From Octopus sinensis (taxonomy: Eukaryota), in contig NC_042998.1 in the NCBI RefSeq assembly GCF_006345805.1, positions 52,638,001 to 52,702,000 on the forward strand: a DNA stretch of 64,000 nt. Reading direction: 5' to 3'. The notes beneath the pieces were generated by a model. It saw only the letters and a list, made by a program, of their open reading frames with translations. It was not told the DNA's origin and did not search any database. Below are positions 39,941 through 52,595 of this stretch, piece after piece. Position numbers and translations under genes: made by a program. Numbering within the stretch: the stretch's first letter is position 1; every line of letters starts with the position of its first letter.

Positions 39941-42900
39941 ATTTGTCCTCATCTTGTTTGTTGGTTAACAACAAACAAGATGAGGACAGATATCCGTCGA
40001 ATGTAAATAATGTAAATAATGTACAAATGATAGTATTTGAATTGTATCAATAGTGCTTTAAGTATTCATTAGCTTAAACAATTACTGGTAGTTTACTCAA
40101 AAATATTTATCAAAAACAACATACAAGTATACATAACTATATAGTGATGTACTTTTCTCATTTATCAAGCTATTCTTTTTATCTTTTACTTGTTTCAGTC
40201 ATTAGACTGCAGCCATGCTAGGGTACTTCCTTGAAGGATCTTTAGTCGAATGAATCAACCCAGTATTTAATTTTTTCTGCTAAGCCTGGTATTTTTCTAT
40301 CATTCTCTTTTGCTGAACTTCTAAGTTATAGGGACATATTCAAACCAACACTGGTTGTCAAGCAGTAGTGGGGGATGAACACAAATATTAAGACACACAC
40401 ACACATGCACACACAAATATATACAAGGGGTTTCTTTCAGTTTCCATCTATCAGATCCACTTACAAGGCTTTGGTTGGCCCAAGGCTACAGTAGAAAACA
40501 CTTGCCCAAGGTCTCATGCAGTGGGACTGAACTCCAAAATTATCTGGGTTATGCCACATTCAAATTAAAATTAATTTCTTGGTTTTATAGTATTTATCTA
40601 GCAATGAAATATTGTTAAAATGAACTAATGTGGGACCATATTACAGGTTTGTAAAAATCAGCCTGCTGATGAAGCAGCTTTGCACTGACTAAGGTCTTAT
40701 AAGGTTGAAATATGTCCATTGCTGCCATTATCTCCATTAACAAAGAGTAGATTTTGTCTAGATAAAGATTTAGTTTTTCAAAATTAATTCTCAAATTCTT
40801 GAAATTATTTCCATTTTTTTCTTTGTAACATGAATGATTGCTACTAGGTTTTTGGTTTCTTTCCTAATCAAAAACTAAATCCTTATTAATTAAAAAAATT
40901 TTGTATACCTCATTCATTACACCAACATCCATTTGATTTATCCATGCCAATGTCTTATTTGAGTTACTTTTCTTAAGTCAATTTTGTTTAATACTTTGCT
41001 AATTACTGAATTACTTAGTAATTCTTCCTCTATGTATAAAAACTCCTGTCAACTGATCAAGAAGTTCGTGCTATGCTGTACTACAAGGCCTAATAAGACA
41101 ATATATATTTGTTTCTATTCAATCAGAGCTGACTAAGGGTTAAATGATAGCAACAATATTGCCCAAAACATTCATTATATAAATCTGAGGGAAAAAATAT
41201 AAAGAAAAACACCCAACAAAAGATCATAGTAAACAAATAATTAAAAAATAATCTGAGATTATTTGTTTTGAAACTGTAGGCATACTAATTGTTATTTTAC
41301 CATATAGTTTGAATGAGAAAATAAATTTCTCAACTAGGTCTTAAAACATTGTTTTAGATATTGGTTTCAACAAAAGAGTGAAGAATATGTGATAGAATTG
41401 TGTGGCATGTATTACAAGATTTTTGCATGTAAAGAACAAAGGTGTGAAGCTATTTATGCTTATTTGTTCATGGTTTAATGTTTGGTTTTCCATGTAAATA
41501 AAGGATGGGTGGAGACTTATTTGAAACAGGATTTTGCTTTCCCCGTCACCAACCTTTACCTATTTTTTTAAGTAGGAGATCAAAAGTGCCAAGTGATCAA
41601 ATAAACATAATGTCAAGAAGGTATGTGAATATTACATCACTATTTTACTCAAGCAGCGACAAGTAAAGCCGTGAGATATCAACATTCATACATATTCTCT
41701 TGCACAGCCACACAGAAACACATGCACACAGACACACACAATAGGTTTCTTAGATAAGTATATCCATAAGGCATTGTTGAGCCTAGGGCTATAATAGAAG
41801 ATATTTGACAAAGGTATTGCAGAGTAGGACAGAAACCAAAGCCACATATATACATATGTTTAGGTGTGACTGCATGTCTGTATATTATTGGATTACATGA
41901 TAATAGTTTCAATATTTGGCACAAGGCTAGCAAATTTGGGGAGAAGCTAAGTCAGTTAAATCAACCCCAGTGCTCAACTGGTACTTGATTTATCGACCTC
42001 TGAAAGAATGAAAGGCAAAGTCAACCACAACAGAATTTGAACTCAGAAGATATAGACAGGAAATGCTACTAAGCATTTTGTCCAGCGTGCTAATGATTCC
42101 ACCAGCTCGCCACCTTCGGATTATCTTATGATATAGGCATGTTATACAAGCTTGTCTGACTACTATCTTATCAGAGGCATGATGATGATGATGATATAAT
42201 TCACATTTACAGAAAACAAAAGATGAAGACAGATGAGGGAACAACAAGCAGATGTATTAGTTTGATGCTGGAGAAGAATGAATGAGTCTTTGGCATTTTG
42301 AGCCTACACTTTTCAACAGATAGGGTTGAGAGGGAAAAAATGGAGAGAGAAAAAATGCATAGGGATTAATGGTTCAACAGGATGAAATGACCAGAAGAAA
42401 GAAGCTGAGTGAAAGGGAAATAATTAACAGTGACCAAGCTGAACTAGCATGATATATTTTAAATATATATATATAATCTATTCCTCTTAATTACATAACC
42501 TTGATGAGTAAAATTGCTATGCAATTAGCCAAATTCAAATAGTAGGCGATAAATTACAAGTTTCAATATATTGTTGGGAGTAACATATTATGGCTATGTT
42601 ACATACGCATGAATTATGATAGAAGAATTTTTTTTACTGATAGGACATTTTAGCTATGTAATTTGCTTATACTTCATTTAGTTAAGATTTTTTCTTCCTT
42701 TTTATTTTGTTTTTCCTTGATATCTATCAGCATGATAACCATTTGAATGATCCCCTATAATGTTTTCCAGTTCTCTTTGATATTCTTTAATTATTCAAAC
42801 TTATCCAGATTCATACAACTCTGCAATAACAACATTTATGCATTCTGACATAATCGGTGATAACAATTAGGGTTATACAGGTTAAGAAAAAATTTAATCG

Positions 42901-43222
42901 GGTTAATCATAGGCTAATGTATTTGATAATGGAAACAACAAAATGATGTCCATTCATTGCTTGATTCAAAACTAACTTTTAATACCTTCTATACAAAATG
43001 AAGGAAGATTTATTTCACAATTTTATTGCACAATAAAATATAAGCAATACATATACTACAATATTCAGTATGGTAAATGGATGGTAATGCTATATTAAAT
43101 ATATTTAACTCATTTGATATTTTAGCGCATCATGAAAGTGGAAGTTAGTAGTTTTTCATTATGTATCAAATAACTGGAATCAGCCATGTATGTGTGTATA
43201 TATGTATATATATAAAAATATT

Positions 43223-43271
<49 letters not shown>

Positions 43272-43542
43272 TGAGTTGTCAAACATTCAAACCAAATTTT
43301 CTCAAAGCAACTTGTCCAACCGTCCCATAAGCCTCCCCTTTGAGAAACACTGATTTAACCTAAATTTGAGACACCAGCAAAAGAAGAAATAAAGATAGAC
43401 TTTTTTTCTATTCCAAAGAAAAACGATTTTATTCACACAAAATATGCAACCAAAGAGTTTAAAGTACCAGTAATGGTAAGGCTGTTGACTGGGAGAACAC
43501 AAACATGGTTTAAACAGTAAGCTTGGCAGGAAAGATACATGG

Positions 43543-43606
<64 letters not shown>

Positions 43607-44392
43607 TGTGAGAGAGAGAGAGTGGTGGTGGTGGGTAGAGAAAGAAAATGAGCCAACAAGCCTCAGCAGAGGCAACTCACCGTCAGGGAGAATAGTGACT
43701 GAATAAAAATGCTGGCACATGATATCAAATGCTTATGGCATGATGAAATACACCCAGTCAATGGTGGAAAGTGGTTGGTCAAAGGAAGGGCATCCAGTCA
43801 TGATTAAAGCATGATTAAATAATACATAACAACAAAGCTGGTTTTCTCTTAATGTGAATATCAGGCAACGAAAGACCACATGATAGAATAAAAGTGTAAC
43901 CTGTCCAACCTACATCAGTATAGTAAAATGAAATGACGATGATGATGATGATGATGATGATATGTTTTATATGTGGCAAACTTAATGGCTGCAGAGTGGT
44001 TACGTTCAAATTTTACTTCTGTCATAGCAGTATGCTTCATTGAACTATTCATTCCAGTTTACTTAACTGTATGAATATTATGCACTGCATCAAATACATA
44101 GATGAGTAGTTAACAATAGCTAGCACAGTCAAATTTAAAAGCAGAGGTTTTGATAAACAAGATAACCCACCCTTATAAATAGTGAAAAAAGAGAAATATA
44201 TGCAATGATATATTATACGCATGAATATATAGTTAGGCACTGAATAGAAATAATTATAATTGCATGCCTATGCTTAGATGTGCATGCATGTGAGTGCTAT
44301 TGTGTCTGTTTAAATATATATATCTTTATATATACGAGTGTGTAGACAAACAGAAGAAGGCATTCAACCAATTTATTGTGAATTACATATAC

Positions 44393-44490
44393 GGATCAAA
44401 GCAGTTTGATTCAAATTCATTGGTACCCTTGAATTTCAAGTGTTTGAAATTCAAGAGTACCAATGAATTTGAATCAAAATGCTTTGATCC
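44393..44490. repeat. Near-perfect hairpin, 47-bp arms, 4-nt loop
   Basis: ggatcaaagcagtttgattcaaattcattggtacccttgaatttcaa-gtgt-ttgaaattcaagagtaccaatgaatttgaatcaaaatgctttgatcc; 2 mismatches. Confidence 0.95.
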
Positions 44491-44522
<32 letters not shown>

Positions 44523-44654
44523 ACATATATATATATATATATATACATACCGGAGTCATTCTTGTTGCTTATTTTGATTATAATCAACACTATACAGAAT
44601 TCTGGTGCATCTAAATTAAGTATCATATTCATTTGAATCTAAATTTTTGCTGAA

Positions 44655-44717
<63 letters not shown>

Positions 44718-44951
44718 ATATATATATGCATAAGTTTATATGTAGAGTAACATGTGATTGAGAAGTTTGTTGCACAATTAGGTGGTTTTAGATTTCATCC
44801 CACCAGGCTAGAATGGAGCTACTCAGAGGTTTTGCAAGCTCTCCTAAAAAAAAGACCATTGCAATGCTGGAAACCCTTCTGTATTGTCAGAAGGTATCTC
44901 AAAGCTGCAAGTGTTTCACCCCTTTGCCTGAGTGAGACAGCTAGGATTGAA

Positions 44952-45177
44952 CTAGTCTTCATCTACAGAAGGGTTCCACTTGTGGTCTCTTATCAACCAT
45001 AATCACTTCGAGCTAGTTTGAGCTGCCATGCCTACATTCTTGATGGCTTTCTTCAGTCGCCTGAGTTCCAGACCTATCATCTGTAGGACCTAGATGCACT
45101 GACCTAGATGGAAAGCTTTAGCAGCCACCTGCAGTGAGGGAATGAGCCTGCATGCCAGCTCTTGGCAAGGGCCTCAT
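44952..45177 (-). mobile_element. Hero/NeSL-like (RLE-type) non-LTR retrotransposon C-terminal fragment
   Basis: Minus frame VLQMIGLELRRLKKAIKNVGMAAQTSSK*LWLIRDHKWNPSVDED* resembles the Hero end AAE.SS.WLWLKR...W. The upstream gaggtggctgc-like stretch may be a decayed EVGC. Confidence 0.6.
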
Positions 45178-45252
45178 TAATTAAATCCTAATATTTTGTT
45201 AACTCATTTTGACATTGGTTGTTTGTAAACATGCATACATACATATACATAT

Positions 45253-45536
45253 AAGTAATGTCTGTCACCACTTCAACGTGGCTCTTCCATACGAACTGAC
45301 GTTATTACCATTTTTAACCTCAAGAGGAGGCTTCCTCTAGTTGGTTAATGATGCAATCTGCACCTGACATATATTGCAAGCAGGGGAGTGAACCCCTACC
45401 ATTTTCTAGTGACTTGACAGGATCAGCTAGAGGAGGTTTCCTCTTGGAGTTATTTCCCGTTGGGGTTATTTCCTCTTGGGGTTATTTTGACTAACTCTTG
45501 GGGTTAGTCATGTTGAAGTGGCATCAAACATAACTT
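45253..45536. mobile_element. Fold-back MITE with ~30-bp TIRs and an internal inverted segment
   Basis: aagtaatgtctgtcaccacttcaacgtgg / tcatgttgaagtggcatcaaacataactt; inner taacctcaagaggaggcttcctctagttg / cagctagaggaggtttcctcttggagtta. Confidence 0.65.
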
Positions 45537-46303
45537 CTCTGTATAATTACTACTTTCATTTCTTATGGAGATTTTCTAACTAGCTACTTTGCTTGATATA
45601 GATATATGTTTGGGTGTGTATACATACACACCTGAACAATAAGATATATTGGCAAGAAACTATTGATAAATTAGTGCATACAACAAAAATATCTTATATT
45701 TCACCGAGTCACGTAGACACTTCCTTTTCACACACCCCACTGGAAATACAGAGAAGCAGTGAGTGTTTGGCCAATTGCAAACATAAATATATTTATAGAT
45801 GTATAATGTGAAAATGAAATATGCACTGTGTAACACTTTGTCCTCTACAATATAACACCAGGCTGACCAATGCCTTATGAATGAATTTCATAAACAGAAA
45901 TTGTGTGAAAGCCTGTCATATATATATATATATATAAGGTGAAGACCCCCCACCTCCCACTTTGGTCATGAATGACCATGGGATTGCACCTAGAAAGTTC
46001 CCCACTAAGGCATAAGTCTGGCCAAGGTTGTTTATGGGAGACGTGCAGTCACCCATGCATACCAGCCTCCTCTCCACACCACTGATGTTATCCAAGGGAA
46101 AGGCAAAGGCCGATACAGTTTGGCACCAATGACGTTGCAGCTAATTTCCACAGCTGAGTGAACTGGAGCAATGTGAAATAAAGTGTCTTGCTCAAGAACA
46201 CAACACAGCTTGGTCCAGGAACCAAACTCACTACCTCATGATTGTGAGCCCGACACTCTAACTACTGAGCCATGCAGCTTCATATATATATATATATATA
46301 TAT

Positions 46304-46548
46304 TATTATAACTTAGGGTATCTATGAGATACTGCCATGCTGAAAATAGCAGCCATGATCTCACTCTAAAACCACCCTAAGTGTTCATATAGCAACATGG
46401 AGAGAAGACAAAATTTTTTTTACTAGTTTTATCTTGCCTTTTTGTCTTCTCTCCGTGTTGCTATATGAACACTTAAGGTGGTTTTAGAATCAGATCATGG
46501 CTGCTATTTTCAGCATGGTGATATCTCATAGATACCCTAGTTATAATA
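46304..46548. repeat. Inverted repeat, ~110-bp arms, ~26-nt loop
   Basis: Arms 46304-46413 and 46440-46548 are reverse complements with few mismatches. Confidence 0.93.
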
Positions 46549-46636
46549 TTAATAATTATTACCTTTGAAGGTTATTTTTTCCATGCTGGCCACTTGATAA
46601 GATCATTATTATATTTTAAATTAATGATCTTATCCT

Positions 46637-46677
<41 letters not shown>

Positions 46678-47610
46678 ATGTGTGTATATTTATTTCTATG
46701 TAATTAAGATGATGATGATGATGATGATGATGATATCTAATCATTATTTCTGCTTAAAACAGAATATGAAACATCATGAACATATATTCCATCTGTCAAT
46801 CCTTTCTCATTGTCATTACATTGAATTTTGCCTATGATTGGCAATGAGGCCGTTTTGCTGTTGCCATTGCTGCTGCTGCATCTCCAGACCATTTAAGAAT
46901 CTGGTTTCTCCATCTCTTGTTGGGATGCTCTTAGTTTCTCCTTCCAAGAAACATATCATCCATACAGATCTTTGGATTGTAGAGAGAAGGAAGTTGAATG
47001 TACATTTGATGTGGCCAAATAATTTTACGGAGTTGCTTTTGACTTTATTAAAAAACCAAATATTGCTGTTGCTGACGCCTAGAATGATGATGGTGAAAAT
47101 GATGACAATGATACTAGCAAAGACTGGAGAAATGATGCCAGTAACAATTGACAAAGAAGATAATGGTCATTAAGATGACAATAACATCCATAACGATGGG
47201 GATGATAATGGTAATTGAAAGAGACAATATTGATGTTGGATAGGATCGGGGGAGGTGATGGGGGGGGGGGTGAAAGGTGCCAACTGCAGTACTGAAGATG
47301 GCAATATTTTGGTTTTGATTTCTAATTAGAGCAAAGCTGTAATTCTTTTCTTTGTTTCCGCAATGCTCCTTTATAATTAAACGCGCATAACATTCATTCT
47401 GCCTATTTTGCTTCAGTATCAATACTACAAATGGTTTATTGATCACTGAGAAGTGATGTAATTAATTTTGAAGCCAAGGAATTAATTACAACTTAGAAAA
47501 CAAAAAACAAAAAAAAATCTCATAACAAATCACTAAACTATCGACTTATTTTCAGGAAGGTTAGTAAGAAAGATTAATATGGTTTGTAAAAATGAGATGG
47601 AAAACACGGA

Positions 47611-47641
<31 letters not shown>

Positions 47642-48409
47642 GATCAACAACATCAACTTCAGCAGTCTAGGAAGGGCTGAATCGGTTATGCCCATTACTC
47701 CACTTCCTTGGAGTAAATAACAAAAACTAAACACGAAGAAAACTTTGGGAAACAGCCAAGGGGAGGTTAAAGAAAAGTCCATGTGCATATATATATATAT
47801 ACACACACATACATACATACATATTATGTAATGAGGATTACAATATGTATTGGACCTTTATGTGTTCTACTTTCAGTTTCATTCATTCATCTTATAAGTT
47901 TAAAAAAAATGTTTTTAATCATTAATATCACCAAATGGCTTGTTCAGTTCACACTTTTTGAGACACTCTATGTAGCATTAAAAATTTTATTTCATCATAT
48001 GAAAATGCTGAGTGTAGATTGCATACACAAATGGTTAAATATCATCATTATTGTTATCATCATCTTTATCTTTATCTTTGTTTTAGTGTCCACTTTTTCA
48101 TGTCAGCAGGAGTCAGACAGAATTCATTGAGGTAGGTTTTCTAAAGCACTCACAAAGTTTTGGTCAGCTCAAGGATAAAGTAGAAGATGCTTGCCCAAGG
48201 TGCCATGCAATGGGACTGAACCTAGAACCTCGTGGTTGGAATCAAGCTTCTTAAGCACTCAGCTAAACCTAAAATTTTAAATTAATGGTTTGAAAATATG
48301 TATCAATTCAATATAAACTTTTACAGTAGTTTTAGTTTTAATTTATTGGGTAAAACTGAAAAAAAAAAAGCAACAACTAAAAACTACAGAAGCCAACTGG
48401 GTTTCTAGT

Positions 48410-48638
48410 TTAACCCTTTCGTTATCGTATTTATTTTGAGATGCTCTGTGTTTCTTTCAATTAATTTTGAATGTAACAAAGAATTTAGTAAAATAACTTA
48501 GCTATCATTAAGCTGGTGTTAGGAACATAAATTGTGACTAATGTTTGGTGGGCGATTTTAATTCAAAACTTATGAAAACAAGACATTTGTACTACAGAGC
48601 CAGAGCCGGTTTCAGCTGGGTTGGTATCAAAAAGTTAA
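48410..48638. mobile_element. Second piggyBac-type MITE family
   Basis: ttaaccctttcgttatc..ggtatcaaaaagttaa termini. Confidence 0.55.
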
Positions 48639-49006
48639 GTTCTAATTGTCATTTAACAATTGTAGATTTTATGTTGTGTCTTAAGTACTGCTATTGGGAA
48701 CTACTTTACATACGGCCATAACCAAGTGGTTAAATCACAAAATGAAAGAGTATCAGACAATAGAACAGTAAATGATGGAAAAAAATAAATATATAACAAA
48801 CAATAATAAGATGAACTGAATGTATATTCACAGCATAAAAATTGCAGTTTTATCACCACCCAAAATATTGTTTTGTATATTACATAATGATATTTTAATT
48901 TAATGTATTTGAAGTCTATTTATACTGACTAATAAAAAACATATACATAGACATATATATTACCCTCGTCCATACACAATTAACAGTGCACCTGTATAGT
49001 CTAAAA

Positions 49007-49436
49007 TATAGGGTGGACCAAAAGTCATATACAAAATAAGTTCAATACACCTCAGAATTATCAAAGGCATGCTTCACTTTTTCTAAAATTGAATGAAATA
49101 AATGAAATAATGATGAATACACATGTACTGGGGCAAGATAAATAATCCTTTCCACTAAAGACACAAGGCCTGAAACTTAGTGGGAGGGGGCTAGTTGATT
49201 ACATTGACCCCAGTGTTTCGCTGGTACTTAATTTAACCCTGGAAAGATGAAAGGTAAAGTCAACCTTGGCATAATTTGAACTCAGAATGTAAAGATGGAT
49301 GAAATACCACTAAGCATTTCATGCGGTCTGCTAACAATTCTGCTGGCTCACCACCTTACCAAAATGAATAATAGTAACAACGTAATGTAAATAGAATGTC
49401 AAATATTTTGGTGCATTTTGTTTGGTCCACCCTGTA
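49007..49436. mobile_element. Tc1/mariner-type MITE interrupted by a family A SINE (~49143-49358, minus)
   Basis: TIRs tatagggtggaccaaa / tttggtccaccctgta with TA ends. Confidence 0.7.
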
Positions 49437-49985
49437 CATCTGAAAATATTTAAACTTATAACATATTTATTCGTTCATTTGTTTAACACTTATTTTTCCA
49501 TGCTTGTATGGTCTGGACAAGGATTCTAGACAAGATTGGCCAGCTGTTCTTCCTGTTAACAACCCTCAGCTGATTTTCAAGTAATGCATTATCTGGCATA
49601 CGAGTTGATGTAGTGTACAGTGTAAACTTGAAGTAATAATCTCTCCCATATTTTTTAATATAGACTACAGCGTTGATGGAGACTACCATATTTCCCACCA
49701 TAAAAGTCAAAGTTTCTGACACCAAAATTTACAGCCAAGTAAGATAGGTTGACTTATGCACTATAAACAATTCTGGAAAACCTAAAATTCCATGTGAATA
49801 GGTACAAAACCTGAAGTTTGGATGGGGATCATAGTTGATTGCATCAGCTCCCATGATCAACTGGTACTCATTTAATTGACCCCGAAAGGATGAAAGGCAA
49901 AGCTGATCTTGGTGGAATTTGAACTCAGAACATAAGAACATTTTGCCCGACATGCTAACGATTCTGCCAACTCACCACCTTAATG

Positions 49986-50025
<40 letters not shown>

Positions 50026-50254
50026 TAGTAATATATTTTTTTCATCTAGTTTCAGCTCACGAGCTGTGGCCATGCTGGGGCAATAATAATAATAATAATT
50101 GTTGTTGTTTATCTCTATGTGAGTTCTGCTTAAGCAAATCTATCATCAAAGACTCTCCAGTCATGACCATTTTATCTGTTTAGAGTAATCTGGGATTACA
50201 TTACATAATGTTTGCATCCATTTCTTTAGGTGGTTAAATGTGAACATGAGGGAG

Positions 50255-50470
50255 TATGGAATGTATGGAATGTGAGAGGGTAATGTAAAAATAATACCAG
50301 TGGTGATTGAAACTTTGGGCTCAGTCCCATTGAAACTTCGAAACTTCTTGAGGCAACTGGATATCCCATGCAAGATTGATGTCTTGCAAAAAGCAGCTGT
50401 GTTAGGCACTGCGTACATCTTAAGGAAAGTATTATCTGTCTGAGGTCCTTGTTGTGACTTGACAGATGAC
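50255..50470 (+). mobile_element. R4/Dong-clade non-LTR retrotransposon C-terminal fragment
   Basis: 50282-50443 reads NVKIIPVVIETLGSVPLKLRNFLRQLDIPCKIDVLQKAAVLGTAYILRKVLSV*, matching the R4/Dong PVVIGALG...LQK...LGT..ILRKVL end. Confidence 0.8.
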
Positions 50471-51435
50471 TAAAGACTCTGGTGCATTTTTACCTACTCT
50501 CCATTATGAAAGTATATCTCTCTCTCTCTCTTTTACTTGTTTCAGTCATTTGACTGCAGCCATGCTGGAGCACCGCCTTTAGTCGAGCAAATCGACCCCA
50601 GGACTTATTCTTTGTAAGCCCAATACTTATCCTATCAGAAAATCAGGGGATCAATGATTGATCAATTTGAAACCTACAAGTAATAAGTTGTTCACTTATT
50701 CTCTGTGAGTGGTGTGTGTATGTGAGTGTGCGTGTGTGGTAAGGTTGCTTCCAAACCATATGGTCACAAGTTCAGTCTCACTATGTGAAAACCGTGGGCA
50801 AATGTTTTTTACTATAATCTTCTTTAGCGTTCAAATTACTTTGTCATATGTAATGCTTATTTATTGACATGGTTTGAATTAATCATGCATTAACCTGTAG
50901 CTTCAAGATTTTGATGATGTGAATAAGTGCATTGTGGGATCTGGACAGTTTGAACATAAAACATAAATATTTGGGCCCCATTTGGCTGTTTTAAGTGCTA
51001 AAGGGATAGGAAGTTGCGACTGAAGCTGCAAAGACAGCAAGTATTGGACTTAGGAGTATGACACAATGTTTCAGTAGAAAAACTTAAACTCCTGATGTTG
51101 TGATCTGCAGTCAATCAACAAATACATAAAGCTATTGTTGAGGCACAATAAGTTTCAAGAATTCTGGGAATGCAAGTGCAACAATAAATGAATATATATT
51201 AAGTTTGTTTAAATGTTTAGACTAAAATAAATCAACAGCCAAGTACTCTTATAATCATGCGAGAAAGGTAAAAAAAATATTTGAGAAACAAGTTGATAAA
51301 ATATTATGTCACTATGTTATATTTTATTAGATTCTTGTCAGACATGGTAAATCTAGAATAAAATATTGTAGCTGTCAGCTTATCACCACCTGCCATGACA
51401 TCTAGACAGAAAACAATATAAATTAAAGAGACTAC

Positions 51436-51476
<41 letters not shown>

Positions 51477-51685
51477 CTTCTCTACTAAAGGCACAAGGCT
51501 AGAAATTTTGGGGGAGGAACTAGTCAATTACATCAACCCCAGTGTTTCACTGGTACTTAATTTATTGACCCCGAAAGCATGAATGGCAAAGTCAACCTCA
51601 GCAGCATTTGAACTCAGAATATAATGACACAAAATGCTGCTAAGCAATTTGCCTGATTTGTTAATGATTCTGCCAGCTTACCACC

Positions 51686-51718
<33 letters not shown>

Positions 51719-52441
51719 TAATAATAATAATAATAATCCTTTCAATTATAGGCACAAGGCCTGAAATTTTGGGGTAGGGAGTAAGTTGATTACATTGACC
51801 CTAGTGCTCAACTAGTACTTACTTTACTGACCCAAAAGAACAAAAGGCAAAGTTGACCCCTGCGGCATTTGAACTCAGAATGTGAAGATAGACAAAATGC
51901 CACTAAGCATTTCGTCTGGCATGCTAAATAAGTGCCCTGATGCAGTACCAGGCAGTGGCTCCCATGGCTTCTGATCTTAAGTGATTGGAAGTGTTGTCAT
52001 GTACATGTTTTGTCTTGGTGTAAAAGATGGGGGGAAACAGCAAATATTCTGCTCAGTATTGCAGATTTGCTTGTCAGTTGCTTGACCTTAACCAGCTGAA
52101 CATGTCCCTTAGTGACTGACAATATGGGCATCTCTGATCACGAGCAGGAGTAGTGGGGGAGCATCATAGCCATATGTTGAAAGGTATTCTTTGGGGTTTG
52201 AATGATTCACCTTAGGAAATATGTGTTTTCCATTCTTCATCCACAAACAAGCCTTAATCAGGGACATTTTTGAGCAGGATGGGCTACTCAACATGAAGAA
52301 AATTCTAACTGGTCATGCATTGTTTAGCTCGATATGAGATTATCCTATCCTGTTATGTACATATGGTTGTGATGTATATGCCTGGTGTACTTTTATGAGA
52401 TGGGTAGTCATGATAGGTATATTGGGCTTCATATATTTATA

Positions 52442-52595
52442 TCTGCAGCTCTTGGTGGTCCAAATTGGATATGCAATTTATGTGGGTGTCTTTTGAAGAC
52501 ATTGTCTGGTTTAAAAAGCCACATCAGATGCCATGAGAGATCTAAGGTGTAAGTACAAGAGGTCGTCAGACTCTGCATAAGGAGTAGACAACAAA
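52442..52595 (+). mobile_element. LINE (probably RTE/BovB-like) 3' tip with a single C2H2 zinc finger
   Basis: 52442-52552 reads SAALGGPNWICNLCGCLLKTLSGLKSHIRCHERSKV* (C-x2-C-x12-H-x3-H), followed by a short UTR. No ATG or acceptor seen. Confidence 0.55.

Noticed and set aside
46870-46905. PDS*MVWR resembling PTP DFWxMVW
   Set aside because: In-frame stop and no flanking homology; chance.
49483-49725. ORF with SINAVVYIKKYG resembling the PTP DYINA motif
   Set aside because: No YIATQGP or FW.M.W motif, no supporting splice sites, and the 3' part is repeat-derived.
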